DNA of 64,000 nucleotides from Candidatus Magasanikbacteria bacterium GW2011_GWA2_56_11 (GTDB taxonomy: Bacteria; Patescibacteriota; Patescibacteriia; Magasanikbacterales; UBA922): positions 1,459 through 65,458 of the forward strand of contig LCRX01000009.1 in NCBI GenBank assembly GCA_001004885.1, written 5' to 3'. Numbering within the stretch: the stretch's first letter is position 1; each line of letters starts with the position of its first letter. Both the position numbers and the translations under genes were made by a program. Positions 60,194 to 64,000 of this stretch are shown here, piece after piece. Below the pieces are notes generated by a model. That model was not told where the DNA came from. It saw only the letters and a program-made list of their open reading frames with translations, and made no database searches.

Positions 60194-60667
60194 ATGGCCC
60201 AATCGTCGAAAAAAAAAGAGCGCGGCCCGATTTTCGCCATGGTGCTCGATGACCGGGAATCGGGCCAGGGTATTTATCCGGCCCGGGCAGTAGCAGCCGC
60301 CCCCGATCCGGCCGGTTGGCAGCTCGAATCCGCCGAGGGAAAGCTGGCAGTGGACATAGCCGAGACGCCGACCCATGTGCTGGTGGTGTCTACGATAGCG
60401 GGCGCTTCCCTGCGCGATATTGAAGTCTATTTGCACAATGATTTGTTGACTATCCGGGGCGAAAGACGCTGCCCGATCGGGAGCTTGCCCGGGGCGACCT
60501 ACATATATCAGGAATGTTTTTGGGGTAAATTTTCCCGCACCGTGGTTTTGCCCACCCATGTCAAGGCAGAACTGGCTAGCGCCGAGTATAAATACGGAGT
60601 TTTGACGATCAGTGTCCCCAAACGCACGACCGACACGCGCATCGCGGTCCGGATCGTTGAAGAGTAA
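60194..60667 (+). CDS. Hsp20/alpha-crystallin family protein
   Basis: VDIAET, LTIRGER, ECFWGKFSRTVVLP, YKYGVLTISVPK. Confidence 0.92.
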   Translation: MAQSSKKKERGPIFAMVLDDRESGQGIYPARAVAAAPDPAGWQLESAEGKLAVDIAETPTHVLVVSTIAGASLRDIEVYLHNDLLTIRGERRCPIGSLPGATYIYQECFWGKFSRTVVLPTHVKAELASAEYKYGVLTISVPKRTTDTRIAVRIVEE

Positions 60668-60681
60668 CTACGACCGCAGTT

Positions 60682-62700
60682 ATGGGAGAAGCCAATCAGC
60701 CAGTCAGTCCTGGGACGGTTTTCACCAGACGGACTTTAGTCATCGTCGCCGGCGTTGTTATCGCCGCCGGCTTAATTTTCATTGCCGTTTTGGCTTACCT
60801 GGCGACGCAGGCCAAGGGCTTGGCACTGCCTTCGGCGCGCGTCGGCAGCCTGCCGATCGGAGGGTTGAGTCGGGAAGAAGTCCGCATGGTCGTCGCGGAC
60901 ATGCAGGCCAAACTCGCCAAAGAAGGGGTAGAGGTAATGGCCTATCTGCCGGCAGGCAGTATTGAATTCAGGGTTTACCCGGAAGTAACAATCGATGCTG
61001 CCGCCGAAGCCGAGCGCCTGGTAGCGCACGGCAACCAGGGCGCTCTGATCGGGCGCGGCTGGCAGGTACTTGCCAGCCGTTGGCAGGAGCTCGATTTGAC
61101 GCTCAAGACTGTGGCCGTGGATTCCGAAGGTCTTTTGGCCGCGGTGAGCCAGCATTTAGCGCCCTACCAGTCGCCTCCGGTCAATGCCGCGGTGCGTTTT
61201 AAGTCTGTCGAGCCGCTGGTCTACGAGATTACCACCTCCTCTGCCGGTACTGTCTTCAAACTTGAAGACCTGCCCGGTACGGTCGTCCGGAGTTGGTCGG
61301 TCCTGGCCGCGCCGTCTGTTACCCTAGAAGGAGAGAGGCGGGAGCCGGAGATAACCGAGGCCGACATCGAGGCCGGCAGCGGGCGGCTGCCGGCGTTGTT
61401 CGCCGGCGGGGCCGTTACCCTGACCTACCATGACGAGACTTTAAAAAAAAATTATTCGTGGAAAATCACTCCCCGGATGATGGCCGATTGGCTGGAACCT
61501 TACCTGGTCATGGACGGGGGGGTGGATTTTCGTCTCAACCGGCAATCGCTCCAGGATTTTTTTGACAATTCGGTAACGCCGAAAATCAATGCGGCGCCGG
61601 AAAACGCCCGTTTTTCAGCCAACGAAAGCCTGACGAAAGTCATCGAATTTACGCCGTCGCGCCCCGGGATCACTTTGGACGCCGAGACGACCGCCGGCGC
61701 GTTGTCCGCCGTCCTGTCGCAGCGCGCCGCCCAAGAGAACGCTTCGAGCACGTTTGCGGTTGCCGTTACCCAGGTGAAGCCGGAGATCGCTACCGCCCAA
61801 ACCAATAATTTGGGCATCGCCGAAGTGCTGGGAGTCGGATATTCCAACTTTTCCGGCAGCCCGCGCAACCGCATTTTGAATATAAAAAACGCTGTTAAAA
61901 ACAAACTTCACGGCACGCTCGTCAAGCCGGGAGAAGAATTTTCACTGGTCGGCACGCTCAAGCCGTTTACTCTCGATGCCGGGTACCTGCCGGAGCTGGT
62001 GATCTTGGGCAATCGCATTACGCCGGAGATAGCCGGCGGGCTGTGCCAGGTAGGCACTACCATGTTCCGCGCGGCCATGAATTCGGCTTTGCCGATTACC
62101 GCCCGCACCAATCACGGTTTGGTGGTGTCTTATTACAATGATCCGGCGAACGGCAACCCAGGAACTGACGCCACCATTTACGAACCGTGGCCGGATTTCC
62201 GGTTTAAAAATGACACCGACAAATATCTGCTTATCACTACCGAGATGAACACTGCCACCGGTGATCTGGTCTTTACCGTTTGGGGCACAAACGACGGCCG
62301 CAAGGGCTATTATACGGCGCCCAAAGTTTTGCAATGGTTTCCGGCCGGGCCGGCGCAGACTATAGAGACGACGGATTTGCCGCCGGGCAAAAAAGAGTGC
62401 CAGGGGGTGCACAACGGCGCTACGGCTGCCTTCAATTATATCCGCGAACTGGCCACCGGAGAAAAAATAACCCGCGAGTTTAAGAGCACGTACCGGGCTG
62501 TTCCATCGACGTGCTACGTGGGCGCGGCCAAGAAACCGGACTGCGCTCCGGACGACGCCGGCTGCGTGCCGGAGCAGCCGGCTGAGAGCGATACTCCGGC
62601 TGAGTCGGCAGAGACGCAAACGCCCCCGGCAGAGCCAGACTCCGCGCCTCCGGCAGAAACACCGGAGCCAGCCTCAGAAGTACCATCAGCCGCTGAATAG
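60682..62700 (+). CDS. VanW family protein with peptidoglycan-binding domains
   Basis: N-terminal TM; PGEEFS, GGLCQVGTTMFRAA, RTNH, DATIY, DFRFKNDT. Confidence 0.88.
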   Translation: MGEANQPVSPGTVFTRRTLVIVAGVVIAAGLIFIAVLAYLATQAKGLALPSARVGSLPIGGLSREEVRMVVADMQAKLAKEGVEVMAYLPAGSIEFRVYPEVTIDAAAEAERLVAHGNQGALIGRGWQVLASRWQELDLTLKTVAVDSEGLLAAVSQHLAPYQSPPVNAAVRFKSVEPLVYEITTSSAGTVFKLEDLPGTVVRSWSVLAAPSVTLEGERREPEITEADIEAGSGRLPALFAGGAVTLTYHDETLKKNYSWKITPRMMADWLEPYLVMDGGVDFRLNRQSLQDFFDNSVTPKINAAPENARFSANESLTKVIEFTPSRPGITLDAETTAGALSAVLSQRAAQENASSTFAVAVTQVKPEIATAQTNNLGIAEVLGVGYSNFSGSPRNRILNIKNAVKNKLHGTLVKPGEEFSLVGTLKPFTLDAGYLPELVILGNRITPEIAGGLCQVGTTMFRAAMNSALPITARTNHGLVVSYYNDPANGNPGTDATIYEPWPDFRFKNDTDKYLLITTEMNTATGDLVFTVWGTNDGRKGYYTAPKVLQWFPAGPAQTIETTDLPPGKKECQGVHNGATAAFNYIRELATGEKITREFKSTYRAVPSTCYVGAAKKPDCAPDDAGCVPEQPAESDTPAESAETQTPPAEPDSAPPAETPEPASEVPSAAE

Positions 62701-62783
62701 CGCTTCGAGTCTATTTTGGAGTGGCGGCTACGAGATAAATTTGCCTTAAATAAGGCAAATTTTGTTCATCCACAAGCACTGTC

Positions 62784-62812
62784 TTGACAAAAAGGGATTT
62801 TTTTGGTAATAT
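62784..62812 (+). promoter_or_regulatory. sigma70 promoter with no downstream ORF
   Basis: TTGACA-17-TAATAT with extended -10 TG. Confidence 0.65.
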
Positions 62813-62817
62813 TTGCT

Positions 62818-63040
62818 GTTGCCCTGAATTCGGGCGCAACGCGCAAAACTTTGTTATCCGGACCCCTAGATAATCATCGGTTCGAGGATCCAGAGTAAGT
62901 ATGTAGTTAGTGAGCTTGTAAGGCTAAATACATACCACCCTGTATCCACGACAAGCATGGGGGTGTGTGGTAGGGGAGTACAGGCTGCGGCTCGTCTTTT
63001 CCTATGACACACCTTCTTGGATACGGGTAGGATCCATCCT
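62818..63040 (+). ncRNA. unidentified structured RNA candidate
   Basis: Own promoter and terminator, multi-stem fold closed by GGATCC/GGATCC, no credible ORF. Confidence 0.5.
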
Positions 63041-63049
63041 AACCATAAT

Positions 63050-63082
63050 AAAACCCCCCGTTACCGGGGGTTTTTGTTTTTT
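63050..63082. terminator. bidirectional terminator
   Basis: AAAACCCCC-hairpin-GGGGGTTTTTG followed by a T-run. Confidence 0.75.
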
Positions 63083-63094
63083 TAAATTTTATGT

Positions 63095-63724
63095 TCAGGC
63101 GATCACTTTGTCGGCCAGCCCGTAAGCCACGGATTCTTCGGCGCTCATAAAGTAATCGCGGTCTGTGTCGCGTTCTATTTTGGCGAGATCCTGGCCGGTG
63201 TGCTCGACCAGAATTTGGTTCAGCCGATCTTTAATCTTGAGTATGCGTTCGGCGTGGATTTTGATGTCGCTCGCCTGGCCCTGGACTCCGCCCAAAACCT
63301 GGTGGATCATCACTTCGCTGTTGGGGAGGCAAAAACGTTTGCCTTTTTCTCCCGCGGCCAGAAGCACCGAGGCCATGCTGGCCGCCAGTCCGATGCAGAT
63401 GGTCGAGACGTTCGGCTTGATGTATTGCATGGTGTCGTATATGGCCATGCCGGCAGTAACCGACCCGCCCGGCGAATTGATGTAGAGCTTGATGTCTTTG
63501 TCCGGATCCTGGTTTTCGAGGAAGAGCATCTGGGCGATAACTATGTTGGCCACGTGGTCGTCAACCGGCGTACCCAGGAAAATGATCCGATCCTTGAGGA
63601 GGCGCGAGTAAATGTCGTAGGCGCGTTCGCCGTAGGCGGTTTTTTCAATAACGGTCGGGATGAGTATTTGCGCGGTTATTTCGGCCGCGGCCGGAGTCTT
63701 TTCAGCCGTAACTAGGGAAGTCAT
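63095..63724 (-). CDS. clpP: ATP-dependent Clp protease proteolytic subunit
   Basis: [39 protein letters not shown]. Confidence 0.98.
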   Translation of the reverse strand: MTSLVTAEKTPAAAEITAQILIPTVIEKTAYGERAYDIYSRLLKDRIIFLGTPVDDHVANIVIAQMLFLENQDPDKDIKLYINSPGGSVTAGMAIYDTMQYIKPNVSTICIGLAASMASVLLAAGEKGKRFCLPNSEVMIHQVLGGVQGQASDIKIHAERILKIKDRLNQILVEHTGQDLAKIERDTDRDYFMSAEESVAYGLADKVIA

Positions 63725-63839
63725 AATATGGGGTGGGATTAAGTACCGGAAAATCTTACGTTAAGTATAACACTTTCTCTCTTTTTTTCAATTATTTCTG
63801 GCGATTGTCGAGCGGCATCCGGCCGCCCGCAAACGGGGC

Positions 63840-64000
63840 TTAATCCCGGACAGCGGCCAGCACCTTTTCGAGCACCTCCTCGACAGTGCCCGCGACCGTA
63901 AATCCGGCCGCTTTTTTGTGTCCGCCCCCGCCGAGTTTTTTGGCCCAGGCCGAGACGTCCAGGTCATCGCGCGTGGTGCGAAAGCTGCCCTTTACAGTGC
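63840..64000 (-). CDS. C-terminus of DHH/DHHA1 phosphoesterase (NrnA-like), partial
   Basis: Manual translation VKGSFRT..DVSAWAKKLGGGGHKKAAGF...VRD*. Confidence 0.85.
   Translation of the reverse strand, partial: TVKGSFRTTRDDLDVSAWAKKLGGGGHKKAAGFTVAGTVEEVLEKVLAAVRD

Overview
Core-chromosome segment of a Patescibacteria/CPR bacterium. A Parcubacteria/ABY1-like lineage is inferred from the missing rpmD in the spc cluster, a stand-alone intron-containing 16S gene, SD-less TATG starts, a CPR-type secreted protein and a PrgI/VirB4 T4SS locus. Genetic code 11. Housekeeping content: ndk, a class I aminotransferase, tRNA-Pro, DedA/GT2/YbhB, rpmB (missed by the ORF track), a split str operon (rpsL-rpsG-fusA ... 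tuf-rpsJ), trmD, the S10-spc cluster to secY, adk, map, ruvX, recO, asnS, an RsmB-type methylase, comF, radC, Hsp20, VanW and clpP. The 16S gene carries an S516 group I intron with a LAGLIDADG endonuclease whose stop codon lies in the exon. The T4SS locus includes a 1928-aa VirB6-like giant. Most interesting non-routine signals: (1) an ORF-less promoter-to-terminator structured RNA with a possible pseudoknot at ~62.8-63.05 kb; (2) two dispersed MITE-like hairpin families, one with 3-bp TSDs, compensatory stem changes and insertions exactly at start codons, and one copy nested in the other; (3) SD-led orphan gene cassettes with boxA-like motifs and structured or switch-like leaders; (4) a TrmB + histidine phosphatase + PEP phospho-His domain module; (5) a low-GC tRNA-Ser islet with a GIY-YIG remnant and palindromes; (6) a 6S-like RNA; (7) dispersed perfect DnaA boxes near promoters. 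Three short internal deletions (site-2 protease, 16S, rplC) are probably assembly errors. All calls come from reading the sequence; no database searches were run.
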